A stretch of DNA of 64,000 bases from a virus, in IMG/VR virus record IMGVR_UViG_3300045988_107471. One strand, given 5' to 3'. The translations under genes and the position numbers were made by a program. The stretch's first letter is position 1. Every line of letters begins with the position of its first letter. The notes below the pieces were generated by a model. The model searched no databases, was not told the DNA's origin, and was given only the letters and a program-made list of their open reading frames with translations. This document shows positions 9,215-19,126 of the stretch, one piece after another.

Positions 9215-9757
9215 GTGACGGACGCCACAGGAGACAGGTGGGTAAAGTGCGAAGAGCTCCGGTTCAGGGGAGACGGGGCCTGCTTTGCGTGGCGTAAGGC
9301 TACAGTAGATGAAATTGTTGAACATTTTAAAAAACAGATAATTATGGGATATATATGTACAAGATGTGGTGGAACAAATGTTGCCTGTGAAGCTATAGTA
9401 AATCCGAATACCGGAAAAATAATAGATTATTTTGATGGATCTTTCATGCATGCTATTTGCGCGGATTGTGAAAACGAGGTGATAATATCCGACATTGAAG
9501 AAGTCAAACATGAAATTGATTTAAGGTTTCATGAATTTATAGAAAGAACAAGGAAGGAGCCTGAATACGTAGAATGTCAGATTGCATGGAAAGAGACAGG
9601 AGATGATGAAAGAGTGACAATAAAACTATCGCTGAGTATCAATGATGATGACAATGATAATGTTTTTTATTATTGCAATGGGATAGAATCGTTTAAGCAA
9701 CTTGCTGAATACGGAATGGGAGAATTTATCGTAACATTTTGTTGGAGTTTCTTTTAA
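9215..9757 (+). CDS. zinc-ribbon protein (CTRCGG...CADCEN); true start uncertain (GTG 9215 or ATG 9344)
   Basis: Track ORF starts at GTG. The first 130 nt is a GC-rich block that may be non-coding. Confidence 0.5.
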   Translation: MTDATGDRWVKCEELRFRGDGACFAWRKATVDEIVEHFKKQIIMGYICTRCGGTNVACEAIVNPNTGKIIDYFDGSFMHAICADCENEVIISDIEEVKHEIDLRFHEFIERTRKEPEYVECQIAWKETGDDERVTIKLSLSINDDDNDNVFYYCNGIESFKQLAEYGMGEFIVTFCWSFF

Positions 9758-9769
9758 ATAACATGCCTT

Positions 9770-10162
9770 ATGAAAACACAAGAAGAATATGCCCGTGAGA
9801 TTGACGAGATCGTTCTAAGGGATGTAGAAAGTTGCCAGAGCGACTGGTTTAGTATTGATAAAGAGATATTTATGCGGCCAGAGAATAAGAACAAGACATT
9901 CATCTTAGGGACCCGGAAGACCGGATGTGATTTAATAATACTGGGTGGCACTAATTGTGATGAAGGTAGTATGGATTGGCTTTTTGGGAGTCTTGGCAAT
10001 GAAAATTTCTATATATGTCAGCCGTTATCTTTCTATAAATCACAGCGAGAAATTAAGAAAGTGAATCCGCTGTACGCTTTTAAGTTAGCTACTGCTTATT
10101 TCAGGGGACAGGGCATGGTCCCTGTATTTGAAGATAGTAATTGTAAATTAATGAAGCTATGA
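9770..10162 (+). CDS. hypothetical protein (130 aa)
   Basis: ATG ORF. Confidence 0.6.
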   Translation: MKTQEEYAREIDEIVLRDVESCQSDWFSIDKEIFMRPENKNKTFILGTRKTGCDLIILGGTNCDEGSMDWLFGSLGNENFYICQPLSFYKSQREIKKVNPLYAFKLATAYFRGQGMVPVFEDSNCKLMKL

Positions 10163-10395
10163 GTATAAAGGTAACAAGATACAGGCTTCCAGTTTATTGG
10201 GCTCGTGCTCTGATAAATGGTGATTATACAGGTTTGTCAGATAATGAAGAACGAGAAATAAGGAATTTCTTGGAACGAGTAAAAGAAGATCCCGTAGATG
10301 TAGACTGGAAAACAGAAGGTTTTTATTGGTACAATAACGCTAATAATACACCGGGAGAATGTGCAGATTTTATTTTTTACAAGCGTAATGATTAA
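10159..10395 (+). CDS. hypothetical protein (78 aa)
   Basis: ATGA overlap. Confidence 0.55.
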   Translation: MSIKVTRYRLPVYWARALINGDYTGLSDNEEREIRNFLERVKEDPVDVDWKTEGFYWYNNANNTPGECADFIFYKRND

Positions 10396-10406
10396 ACTAA
10401 AATAAT

Positions 10407-11240
10407 ATGGAAACTGCAAACAAACTAATTTATTCAAGTACAAAATTCTTTACAGAAAACAAAGAAGAATACAGAATAACAGTCACAATATCTTTAGATG
10501 ATGATTGTCATAACAATATGTGTGACTGGAGCGTAACGGCTGATATTAGACAGAAAGATCAACAAGGAACGTATGTAGAGTATATGGGAGGTTGCTGCCA
10601 CGATGAAGTTGCAAAACATTTTCCGGAATTGGCGAAATTCATATCGTTGCATCTTTGTAACCATTATGGTGCTCCTATGTATCCGGTGGAAAATGGCATA
10701 TATCACGTTAGAAGAAGTGGTATGTCTGTGGCAATGGAGTATTTGCGTATATCAGAACAAGAATGCGTAGAATTATATAAAGCCTCTGAGGATAAGATGT
10801 ATTTCAAGTATCTGCTTTTCAATCTGGGGATTGTGGATAGATGGAAACGTGAATCAGACGAGCTTCTTGTTGAACTTGAAGACCTGTGTGGCAAGAAATG
10901 GGTAAATCCATATACACCGGAAAAGGAAAGGTTTACTTTGACATTAATGGACGAGGAACGTTTGCTTATTGAAGAGCGCATTAAAGCCGGGTATTATTCT
11001 GCGGAAAATATCGAAAAACGCCGGGAAGAGGCTCATAAGGCAAAGATGGTGGAAAAGCGTGCCAAGATTTGTGAGCAATATGACAAAGAAATCAGACAAG
11101 CAGAAGTTGAAAAGAAGATAATGCTCTGTGTGTTTGATTATGGGTTATCTACTGATAACGCCATATATTATCCTCACACGAACACTTTGTCTTTCAACTG
11201 GAACGGTTATGGAGAAAAAAATCACACAGGAAGAGTTTGA
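10407..11240 (+). CDS. hypothetical protein (277 aa), Cys/His-rich N-terminus, coiled-coil C-terminus
   Basis: ATG ORF. Confidence 0.65.
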   Translation: METANKLIYSSTKFFTENKEEYRITVTISLDDDCHNNMCDWSVTADIRQKDQQGTYVEYMGGCCHDEVAKHFPELAKFISLHLCNHYGAPMYPVENGIYHVRRSGMSVAMEYLRISEQECVELYKASEDKMYFKYLLFNLGIVDRWKRESDELLVELEDLCGKKWVNPYTPEKERFTLTLMDEERLLIEERIKAGYYSAENIEKRREEAHKAKMVEKRAKICEQYDKEIRQAEVEKKIMLCVFDYGLSTDNAIYYPHTNTLSFNWNGYGEKNHTGRV

Positions 11241-11290
11241 TGATTTTGTAAACAACGTAGACCGCTCTCAGTTACCGGAAGGAATCAAGT

Positions 11291-11605
11291 TTGAACTTAA
11301 ATAAAATACAGGATATGGAAAGATTGAATTTTGAAACATTGTTTCGTATCGTAAGATGGGATTACAACCGTTGCTTTAAGGATGAGTCGTTGGACAAAGA
11401 TTTGTTCATGGAAAAATACGGGAAAGTTATGGGGGAACATTATTACAACAAGTTTGTCCATGAGTTTAACGGGAATATCCTGAAGATGATTGGTTACTTC
11501 AGAGGTTCCGAAAAAGAAGGGCAAGTGTTCTGCGATATGATAACCGAATGTATTGAAAAATATGAACAAAGAGGATTATATAGTAGAGGTAAGTTAAACA
11601 ATTAA
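11291..11605 (+). CDS. hypothetical protein (104 aa)
   Basis: ATG ORF. Confidence 0.6.
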   Translation: MNLNKIQDMERLNFETLFRIVRWDYNRCFKDESLDKDLFMEKYGKVMGEHYYNKFVHEFNGNILKMIGYFRGSEKEGQVFCDMITECIEKYEQRGLYSRGKLNN

Positions 11606-11617
11606 AAAGATACTTAT

Positions 11618-12682
11618 ATGAACAATTCAATGGTCGCTCACTTGTGGGCAAACGAAAAGCAAGAATCGGCAAATGGTAGTAACTTCTATTTTGAAGGAGA
11701 AAGTATTTACTCCTATGGAAGACATTTTGAGGTCGGAAGAATCGTGCGAAACAAGCGTGGAGAAAAGGCGTATTTGATTAATGATACATATTATTCTTCT
11801 ACTACAAGCAAGCATCAATATTATGTTCGTGAAGCAATACCAACTGGCTCAAAGGTATTCTATGTTGAATGTAATATATCATATTGTATCGGCAACATGC
11901 TCTTTGTTACCAATATGTTGGAATCCATTAAAGATGCTATTGAAAAATACAAAAAAGCAAGAGCCGAATTGTCCTATCGAGATATTTGGGGAACGTTTAA
12001 AAATCTGATGGATTATATTGAGTTTTTCGATATGGGGACTCCCAAGAGTCTTCTTAAAAAGAGCGCAAACGAATGGATTGGAATTAATCATGAATTATCA
12101 TATAAATCAGATAAGATTAAACGTGAACATGCCCGTGAATTGAAACGTATTTTCCAGATATTGTTGAATCATCAAGCACTGGAAGTCCTTGGAACCGTTA
12201 ATGTGATTGTAGATGAAGTTTGTGGTGAAGGAACTTGGTTGAAATATTGGGAAAGAGTTGAAAGACATAGAGTAAATATAGAAACAAAACAGGAAAAAAA
12301 GCGTAGGGCAAGGGAAGAAGAATTAGACAAATTTCGTAAGGATTTTTATGAAAGATTAGAAAAATGGAAGTCAGGAGAACTTAATTTCTTACATTCATAT
12401 TATTTTATTGATATTGCTGACGTAAATGCTTGGATGCGTATAAAAGAAGGAATTATTGAAACAAGCAAACAAATAAGAATTGGGATAGAAGAAGCCAGAA
12501 GGATGTGGCAGGTGGTGTCGCTGTTGCACCGGGGAGGCCAGTTCCGGCATGGCCTGGTAGAGGATGTGAATGGCAATAAGTGGAGCATAAACCGGTATGA
12601 AAACGATATACTGACAGCCGGGTGTCATCGTATTGCGTATAGCGAGATGGAAAGTATTGCAAAACAACTGGGATGGGTGTAA
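11618..12682 (+). CDS. hypothetical protein (354 aa)
   Basis: ATG 9 nt after the AACAATTAAAAAG motif. Confidence 0.65.
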   Translation: MNNSMVAHLWANEKQESANGSNFYFEGESIYSYGRHFEVGRIVRNKRGEKAYLINDTYYSSTTSKHQYYVREAIPTGSKVFYVECNISYCIGNMLFVTNMLESIKDAIEKYKKARAELSYRDIWGTFKNLMDYIEFFDMGTPKSLLKKSANEWIGINHELSYKSDKIKREHARELKRIFQILLNHQALEVLGTVNVIVDEVCGEGTWLKYWERVERHRVNIETKQEKKRRAREEELDKFRKDFYERLEKWKSGELNFLHSYYFIDIADVNAWMRIKEGIIETSKQIRIGIEEARRMWQVVSLLHRGGQFRHGLVEDVNGNKWSINRYENDILTAGCHRIAYSEMESIAKQLGWV

Positions 12683-12722
12683 GTAGCTCATCCTGTTTTA
12701 TAACAATTAAAAACGAAAAGAT

Positions 12723-13460
12723 ATGAAAAATTCAATTATTGTTCCGTTTGATTTAAATACGGCGAGAAAAATTAAAAGTGGAGAAATAGAAGGTTCGGTA
12801 TTAATTGATAATATTGAGATAGAATTTGTATATGAGTCGAAAGACTGCGCCGGTCCTTATAATTTACTTTTTGTAAGAAAAGAAGGATATGGGATAAGTG
12901 CTATATATGCTAACACAGGAGGTTGTACTATTGGCGGCACCACTCTGGAATTGAAAGTAGAGGCTGGGGCGTATTTCAAGAAAGGAGATGTATTAACAAG
13001 CACTAATGGATATCAATTCATATATGATGGAATTATTACCAAAGGGGTAATGGGATGTATATGCGGAATGGCAACATTTGGAGATATTGGGTTTGATTGC
13101 AAATTATGGACTGATGTGTATGACGAATATAAAAAACGGCATGTAAGAAAGGCTATAGAAGAAGAGAAGAAATTTTTAGCAGAAAAGATTATAAAAGTCG
13201 AAGACAGTAGAAAAATAGATATAATAAAACGATATTTAAGTGAATATGAGTATCTATTAGATGAGATGCCGAAACACGACTTCAAACCATTTGAACGAGT
13301 GCTGGTGAGAAGAACTAACCAAGAGAGGTGGAAATTGCATCTATTTTCCAGAGAATCAGGAGGCGATAATAATTACGAATGCTTAGGAGGGGTAGGATTT
13401 AGTCAGTGTATCCCATACGAAGGGCACAAACATCTTTTAGGAACTAATAAAAACAAATAA
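12723..13460 (+). CDS. hypothetical protein, tandem paralog A (245 aa)
   Basis: Shares N-terminal (IVPFDLNTARKI...G) and C-terminal (DFKPFERVLV...YECL.GV.F..CIP.EG...LLG) blocks with 13465..14394. Confidence 0.7.
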   Translation: MKNSIIVPFDLNTARKIKSGEIEGSVLIDNIEIEFVYESKDCAGPYNLLFVRKEGYGISAIYANTGGCTIGGTTLELKVEAGAYFKKGDVLTSTNGYQFIYDGIITKGVMGCICGMATFGDIGFDCKLWTDVYDEYKKRHVRKAIEEEKKFLAEKIIKVEDSRKIDIIKRYLSEYEYLLDEMPKHDFKPFERVLVRRTNQERWKLHLFSRESGGDNNYECLGGVGFSQCIPYEGHKHLLGTNKNK

Positions 13461-13464
13461 GATT

Positions 13465-14394
13465 ATGGAACATAAAATGGTAACAATACCGTTTGATTTA
13501 GAAACGGCGAAGAGAATAAGAGAAGGGAAAATATCAGGTCGGATTGTGACAGAGAAAGGACGAAATAGGGCAGAAATCGTATATGAAGATAATTTGTCAA
13601 ATTGTCCGTTATTGGTTGTAATTCACTCTATTTCTGTATCGGCAGATTGGTTTTCTGCTACAGGAAAAGCACTTAGCAGCGAAAATCGCCTCCTTCTTGA
13701 AGTTCCAGAATATATTACATTTAAAGATGGAGAGGTGTTAAGCAACGAAGATGGTGATTATATTTTTATCTTAAATACTAATGGGAAATATTTAACATCT
13801 ATATATGCAAGTTTTTCAATAAAAAGAGGGCTTACTATATCGGATACTATTGCTGCAAACGGAAACAATATAGAACGTTATAGACTTGCAACAGATTCGG
13901 AAAAACAGAGGATGATTAACCTATTAAAGATAAGCAATAATCCAAAGGCTAAGGAGTATCTGAAACGTTTCTTCGGAATTGAAGAAAAGCCGAAATATGA
14001 TTTTAAGCCGTTTGACAAAGTGTTAGTAAAATATTATGAAGATGACAATTGGGAGGGCAATTTATTCATAAGAACAATTACAGACGATCAGGATGGGGAG
14101 ACTAAATATGAATGTTTGAATGGGGTGGTGTTTGTTCATTGTATTCCTTTTGAGGGTAACGAGTGTCTTTTGGGAATTACTGAAAATCCAGAAAAAAAAA
14201 TGAAAACGGTGAAATTATCCGATTTTTCTCCTTATGACAGGAACAAAGGAGGAATACAAGAATTGCATCATAAAATTGAGTCCAAAATACTTCAGTATTG
14301 GGGCGAAGATAGTGGTATTCTGATCGGCATCACTCCGATATATAAGAGACGTTTGTGGAGTAAAGAAGTAAATGTTATAAATGATAAACAATAA
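13465..14394 (+). CDS. hypothetical protein, tandem paralog B (309 aa)
   Basis: Paralogous to 12723..13460 (TIPFDLETAKRI...; DFKPFDKVLV...YECLNGVVFVHCIPFEGNECLLG). Confidence 0.7.
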   Translation: MEHKMVTIPFDLETAKRIREGKISGRIVTEKGRNRAEIVYEDNLSNCPLLVVIHSISVSADWFSATGKALSSENRLLLEVPEYITFKDGEVLSNEDGDYIFILNTNGKYLTSIYASFSIKRGLTISDTIAANGNNIERYRLATDSEKQRMINLLKISNNPKAKEYLKRFFGIEEKPKYDFKPFDKVLVKYYEDDNWEGNLFIRTITDDQDGETKYECLNGVVFVHCIPFEGNECLLGITENPEKKMKTVKLSDFSPYDRNKGGIQELHHKIESKILQYWGEDSGILIGITPIYKRRLWSKEVNVINDKQ

Positions 14395-14396
14395 AT

Positions 14397-14645
14397 ATGA
14401 AAACAAGAACATACGAAGGGGTGCAGCACGGAGACTGGGTAAGATGTGTCTTATGTGGAGCACAAATGCTTCTTCCATGTGGAGCTGACAAATGCCCGGA
14501 ATGTAGCAGTGAAGGTACTTTAACGTGGGTAGATGAAGATAAGCAAGAAATGGATGCTAAACATCTGGATTGTCTTGTTCCAATACGCAAATTGGAGTTA
14601 CAAGAATATCTGTCCCCAGAAATTTTGAAAATGGAACATATATGA
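14397..14645 (+). CDS. zinc-ribbon protein (82 aa; CVLCG...CPEC)
   Basis: ATG ORF with two CxxC pairs. Confidence 0.55.
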   Translation: MKTRTYEGVQHGDWVRCVLCGAQMLLPCGADKCPECSSEGTLTWVDEDKQEMDAKHLDCLVPIRKLELQEYLSPEILKMEHI

Positions 14646-14715
14646 AAATAGAATACATACAAAATGTAAATGCAGTGCAGTCACTATCAGATTTGATAAT
14701 GGAGCTTCGAATAGC

Positions 14716-14940
14716 ATGTTTTGGGAAACATTTGAAAAATTGGATTTGGATGCTGGTGATGCCACATGGCTTCACCAGTCCTGCTGCTGCGACCACTGCG
14801 TCAACCATTTGGGGATCGACTTATGCGAGTGCGGGTCCGGCGCAAGAGTTGGCGAATGTGAATGTGGCTCTAACCGACCACATGATATATTAGGAATCAA
14901 ATACGATTCATTTGGAACAATATTGAAAAACTTTGGGTGA
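14716..14940 (+). CDS. Cys-rich small protein (74 aa; CCCDHC...CECGSG...CECGS); frame choice uncertain
   Basis: One of two overlapping ORFs across a GC-rich island. The alternative frame (14642..14893) is Ala/Thr-rich low complexity. Confidence 0.35.
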   Translation: MFWETFEKLDLDAGDATWLHQSCCCDHCVNHLGIDLCECGSGARVGECECGSNRPHDILGIKYDSFGTILKNFG

Positions 14941-15416
14941 TGAACATGGTAAGTAAATACACCGCTCTATTAGGACAAAAGAAACTGAAAGAATCATTTG
15001 TGAAAGACTTGGAACTTGCATTATCAAGGGATGGTCTTATTATGAAGCCTGGGAAGCTCAATTTTATAAGTTATTCAGAACTGAAGGATTGGAGCGTTAG
15101 AGAATTGATCGGGGAAGATCTGAAGTCAGAAGACCGAGCTTTAATAAACAAAGTGTATCACATGTTATTCGAGATACATAGCGACTTTGAATCAGTTATA
15201 AGAATGCTATATAGCTTTCGTAACGGACTTAAATCGGGGATAAAAGTGGCGGATCCAGAGGATAATTATAAATGGACTAATAAAGATGGAAATGAAAAAT
15301 ATTCTACCAAAAATCTACCAAAGGCGCATTTTAGATGGGATTGGAGAAGATATACCTTGTCAAAGGAATCTGTTGATAAAATAACGGAGTTTGTAGACAC
15401 TATATTAAAATCATAA
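14937..15416 (+). CDS. hypothetical protein (159 aa)
   Basis: ATGA overlap. Confidence 0.6.
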   Translation: MMNMVSKYTALLGQKKLKESFVKDLELALSRDGLIMKPGKLNFISYSELKDWSVRELIGEDLKSEDRALINKVYHMLFEIHSDFESVIRMLYSFRNGLKSGIKVADPEDNYKWTNKDGNEKYSTKNLPKAHFRWDWRRYTLSKESVDKITEFVDTILKS

Positions 15417-15420
15417 AAAT

Positions 15421-15675
15421 ATGTATGAGAATATTTTAAGTAACATGTTGGGATGTCAGACATATTGTATATCAGACAGTCCTTCGAATAGATACTGTCT
15501 TATTGGACCTATTGAGTGCAATGAGAAGTTGATAGAAGTGTTTAAGAAGGGGATAACAGTAAAACTCAAATACGTGGAAAAACGGGTCCTGGATACATTT
15601 ACGGACAACGGAATCGACCTGAGCAATTACACTCACTGTATTATTGTGAAGCGGAATTTTTATCTCGCTTGGTAA
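15421..15675 (+). CDS. hypothetical protein (84 aa)
   Basis: ATG ORF. Confidence 0.5.
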   Translation: MYENILSNMLGCQTYCISDSPSNRYCLIGPIECNEKLIEVFKKGITVKLKYVEKRVLDTFTDNGIDLSNYTHCIIVKRNFYLAW

Positions 15676-15732
15676 CAGCAAAATATAAACGATATGAATA
15701 ATTTTATAAGGTATATAATCACATAGAATATT

Positions 15733-16569
15733 ATGAGAGCAAGTAAAGAATACAAGGCGGTAAGGAACTACATACTAAATGAACTTCACCTTACCAAAGA
15801 AGATATAATCAAAAACATAGAACCATTATTGGAAAAACTTGTAAAACAGTGTATGAATAATACATATGGGAATAACAATCAAATAGAGTATTGGATCAGA
15901 TGTATGGTTAATGACGAACTTAAACAAAGAGATTTTGATTTTGTAAGAAGAATATGTAAGGAGGTTATAAAAGATCATGTGTTGAATGAGTTGAACATAA
16001 TTGTAAGTCCCAAAAATGAAAGATGCGTATGTGAAAATAGAGTACCATCAAGAAAAGATGGTTTGTATCTAATCTACGGAAACGGACACGCAGAGCCGTT
16101 TACCGGCGATAACCCCAAAGATTGTGTACGATACATCGGATTAAAGCACAAAGACGTATCGTTTGCTATCTCGCTGACGGAGCATGATAGAGTACAATTG
16201 CTTGACGATGATAGCCGTAAAGAATCCGGAAGTGAGACATATTACGAACGTGAATGTGATGCGCTGTTTGACATTAATGGACGCGGCAATACGGAACGCC
16301 TTGTAGTCAGAAATCCAAAATTGAGAAATCTGCTGGAAGATGACGAGTATATACCATCTCTTGGTCAATTAAATTTAATGGCTCATCATATGGACGAACT
16401 AAACAAAGCATTCGCTTATGTTTCGGCATCTCCCCTCTCCTCGGCGTGGTATTGGTCCAGTATCGAGTACAGCCAGGACATCGCATGGGGCATGCTCCTC
16501 TCCAATGGCTACACGGGCAAAGGCGGCAAGCACATTAGTTACAGGTTTCGGGCGGTAATTGATTTTTAA
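15733..16569 (+). CDS. hypothetical protein (278 aa)
   Basis: ATG ORF; GC-rich 3' codon block. Confidence 0.65.
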   Translation: MRASKEYKAVRNYILNELHLTKEDIIKNIEPLLEKLVKQCMNNTYGNNNQIEYWIRCMVNDELKQRDFDFVRRICKEVIKDHVLNELNIIVSPKNERCVCENRVPSRKDGLYLIYGNGHAEPFTGDNPKDCVRYIGLKHKDVSFAISLTEHDRVQLLDDDSRKESGSETYYERECDALFDINGRGNTERLVVRNPKLRNLLEDDEYIPSLGQLNLMAHHMDELNKAFAYVSASPLSSAWYWSSIEYSQDIAWGMLLSNGYTGKGGKHISYRFRAVIDF

Positions 16570-16581
16570 AAAGGATTACAT

Positions 16582-17379
16582 ATGATAACATCAGTAAAAA
16601 TAAAAGACAACACAAAAACTCCATTTGAATATGTTTCTGACATAGAGGCGTTTGAAAATGGCAGAGAATTTATTTTCAAGCCAGGAGTGAATGTGATTAT
16701 AGGGAAAAACGGTAGTGGAAAATCAACTTTACTTAACATCATATCAATGTATGCGTTATGTGATAAGTCCATGTGCTCTGAAATGCCGGATGAGGCGCTG
16801 GATTTTCCACCTATATTTGATGATGATGACAAGGTTCTTGATGGGATTGATATATCATCCGATTATATAGGGAAAGTATTCCGTTTATTGCCGTCAACGG
16901 AGACAAATCGAGATAGTGTATTAAAAAACATCAGCAATTTCGATTTGTATGCGAATAGTATTCAAAAATCTTATGGGGAAAAAGTGGTGTTATCACTGGA
17001 ATCGCTTTTCAATTTAATGTTCAACCAAAAGGATTATGCGTTTCCAATGCAAGATCTTGCAGAATACAAGAAAAAATCAAATGCGTTTTGGATTAAAAGA
17101 ATTGACAACCTGTTGAAGTATTATAGAAGGAACTGCATAACATTAACAGAAAGCAGTTTTGAGTACACGGTTCTCATGGATGAGCCAGACAGGAACCTTG
17201 ACATTGACAACATAATGCAGATTCACAATGTATTGTCATTTCATAAACCACAAACACAAATTATAGCCATAATACACAATCCGGCATTGATTTACAAATT
17301 AAGTAAATTAGATTGTGTGAATTTCATAGAGATGACAGAAGGGTATCTTAATAAAACTTGTATATTTGTGTCTAATTAA
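16582..17379 (+). CDS. compact ABC-type/AAA_21-like P-loop ATPase (265 aa)
   Basis: Walker A VIIGKNGSGKSTLLNII and Walker B-like VLMDEPDRNLD; no fused nuclease domain. Confidence 0.65.
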   Translation: MITSVKIKDNTKTPFEYVSDIEAFENGREFIFKPGVNVIIGKNGSGKSTLLNIISMYALCDKSMCSEMPDEALDFPPIFDDDDKVLDGIDISSDYIGKVFRLLPSTETNRDSVLKNISNFDLYANSIQKSYGEKVVLSLESLFNLMFNQKDYAFPMQDLAEYKKKSNAFWIKRIDNLLKYYRRNCITLTESSFEYTVLMDEPDRNLDIDNIMQIHNVLSFHKPQTQIIAIIHNPALIYKLSKLDCVNFIEMTEGYLNKTCIFVSN

Positions 17380-17390
17380 TTAAAGGTGAG

Positions 17391-17705
17391 ATGAACTGGA
17401 AGAAATTCAAAGAGGAAAAACCTTCAGAGGGAGAAGAAGTGTTGGCTTATCACCCAAGTTGGATAGATGAAGATTTCAACCCAAGAGGTATAAGAATAGG
17501 GTTTTGGAATGGAGGAGACGATTTTAAATCGGCTCATTGGTGGGATTATCAAGATTGTTATATCACAATCTCTCATTGTGATTGTGATGATAATTCTCTT
17601 TTCAGTGATAGAATAAAAAACAGCATAGAGCCAGAGTTATGGATATCACTTGATGTTATTACAAATTACTTACCTGATATAAAACAAAATCACTTATCAC
17701 AATGA
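17391..17705 (+). CDS. hypothetical protein (104 aa)
   Basis: ATG ORF. Confidence 0.55.
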   Translation: MNWKKFKEEKPSEGEEVLAYHPSWIDEDFNPRGIRIGFWNGGDDFKSAHWWDYQDCYITISHCDCDDNSLFSDRIKNSIEPELWISLDVITNYLPDIKQNHLSQ

Positions 17706-18085
17706 GCTATTTTATATTAATGGGAAGAAGAATCCCCAAGCAAGCCATAACAGGCTTCAAATTTCAAAATGAAACAGATAACATTCGTCCTTTCTTGTCA
17801 ATCAGGATAAGGGGAAAGGACGAAATTATACCTTTCAAAGATAAAAAGGAGATACAGTCTGTAAAAGCGCATCTGTGTTCTATCTTTTCTGGGTTTGTAA
17901 AAATAGGTGACTGGTATCTCAAGATGTCGGAAGTTAAGGAGTATAAGCCGGTGACTGCCGAAGATATGAACCCCTACATCTTGTTTAAGACATCTAAGTT
18001 TGGAAATATAAAAGTTCGTTTCCCGAAAGATGAAGACATGGATGCCGAATTATTGGTGTTAGATCAACTTTTTGATGTAGAATAA
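17702..18085 (+). CDS. hypothetical protein (127 aa)
   Basis: ATGA overlap. Confidence 0.55.
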   Translation: MSYFILMGRRIPKQAITGFKFQNETDNIRPFLSIRIRGKDEIIPFKDKKEIQSVKAHLCSIFSGFVKIGDWYLKMSEVKEYKPVTAEDMNPYILFKTSKFGNIKVRFPKDEDMDAELLVLDQLFDVE

Positions 18086-18109
18086 ACTATTAATCATATT
18101 TTAAAAATC

Positions 18110-18361
18110 ATGACCTGGAAAGAATTGAAAGACAAAATATCCCTTATGACAGAAGAAGAGCAACAGCAAGAAGTTGCAGTTTGGGGAGAAAATATGAATC
18201 TAATGAAAGATTGTTCCTTGGAGAAAACAGACGAGGATTTGTACTATAATACTGAATGGGATTATACTTGTGAAGAGAGTGAATTGGAACCGGAAGACAA
18301 GAATGACCCTGATGTACATAAGGTATATGAAGCAGGAATGCATTATATTTATTCAAATTGA
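18110..18361 (+). CDS. hypothetical acidic protein (83 aa)
   Basis: ATG ORF. Confidence 0.5.
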   Translation: MTWKELKDKISLMTEEEQQQEVAVWGENMNLMKDCSLEKTDEDLYYNTEWDYTCEESELEPEDKNDPDVHKVYEAGMHYIYSN

Positions 18362-18379
18362 TTTAAAAAAGATCTGATT

Positions 18380-19126
18380 ATGGCAGCATTAACAACACTA
18401 AATATAACGGAAAAGAACGCTAATAACAGGTTGTCTGTAACTGTTAAAGTGAATGTCACCAAAGAAGGAGTGTTTACCACTACCTTGTCAAAAGAAGATG
18501 TGGATAAGATTCATTCTTATGGGATCGAATTACCTACAAACAGATTAGGCAACGAAGGATATTTCAATAGTATAACACTTTCTGATTTGGAAAGTCAAAT
18601 CAGGGAAGTTCTGAAGAGATGTTTAAGTTATAAAATAGTAGAAGAAGTGCCTGTTATTAAGTATCAACTGGAAACGAATTGCATGTTTTCCTATGACAAA
18701 AACGGAAATATTGTCCCTAACCCCTCTAAGGAATGGACAGGAAATGATGAGAATGGAAAATGGAGGGATGGAACTTCCCGTTTAGATGCCTTAAACACCC
18801 AACCTTTCGGTTTTAGTGTTTATGCAAAACCATTTCTAAAAAGAGTAATTGAATATGGAAATGGAGAGACAAAAGTAGAATACGATAGGTTAAATACAGA
18901 AAAAGAAACTTATGCGCACTGGCTGAATTGTGTAACGAGCATATCATACAATAGATATAAACCGGTAATGGAAGTGGAATGTAACGAATGTACCTCAAAA
19001 TTATTCGTTGATATGATCAAGTCTATTTGCAATATAAGTGAACAAGTCAAGAGTTTTATCAATCCAGAACAAATAAAAGCAATTGCGGAGTCAAATGAAC
19101 CGATTTTGCTTTTATCTAACAACTAA
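18380..19126 (+). CDS. hypothetical protein (248 aa); an in-frame open extension follows its TAA
   Basis: ATG ORF. Codons 19127..19395 remain open in the same frame with no ATG for about 45 codons. Confidence 0.65.
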   Translation: MAALTTLNITEKNANNRLSVTVKVNVTKEGVFTTTLSKEDVDKIHSYGIELPTNRLGNEGYFNSITLSDLESQIREVLKRCLSYKIVEEVPVIKYQLETNCMFSYDKNGNIVPNPSKEWTGNDENGKWRDGTSRLDALNTQPFGFSVYAKPFLKRVIEYGNGETKVEYDRLNTEKETYAHWLNCVTSISYNRYKPVMEVECNECTSKLFVDMIKSICNISEQVKSFINPEQIKAIAESNEPILLLSNN

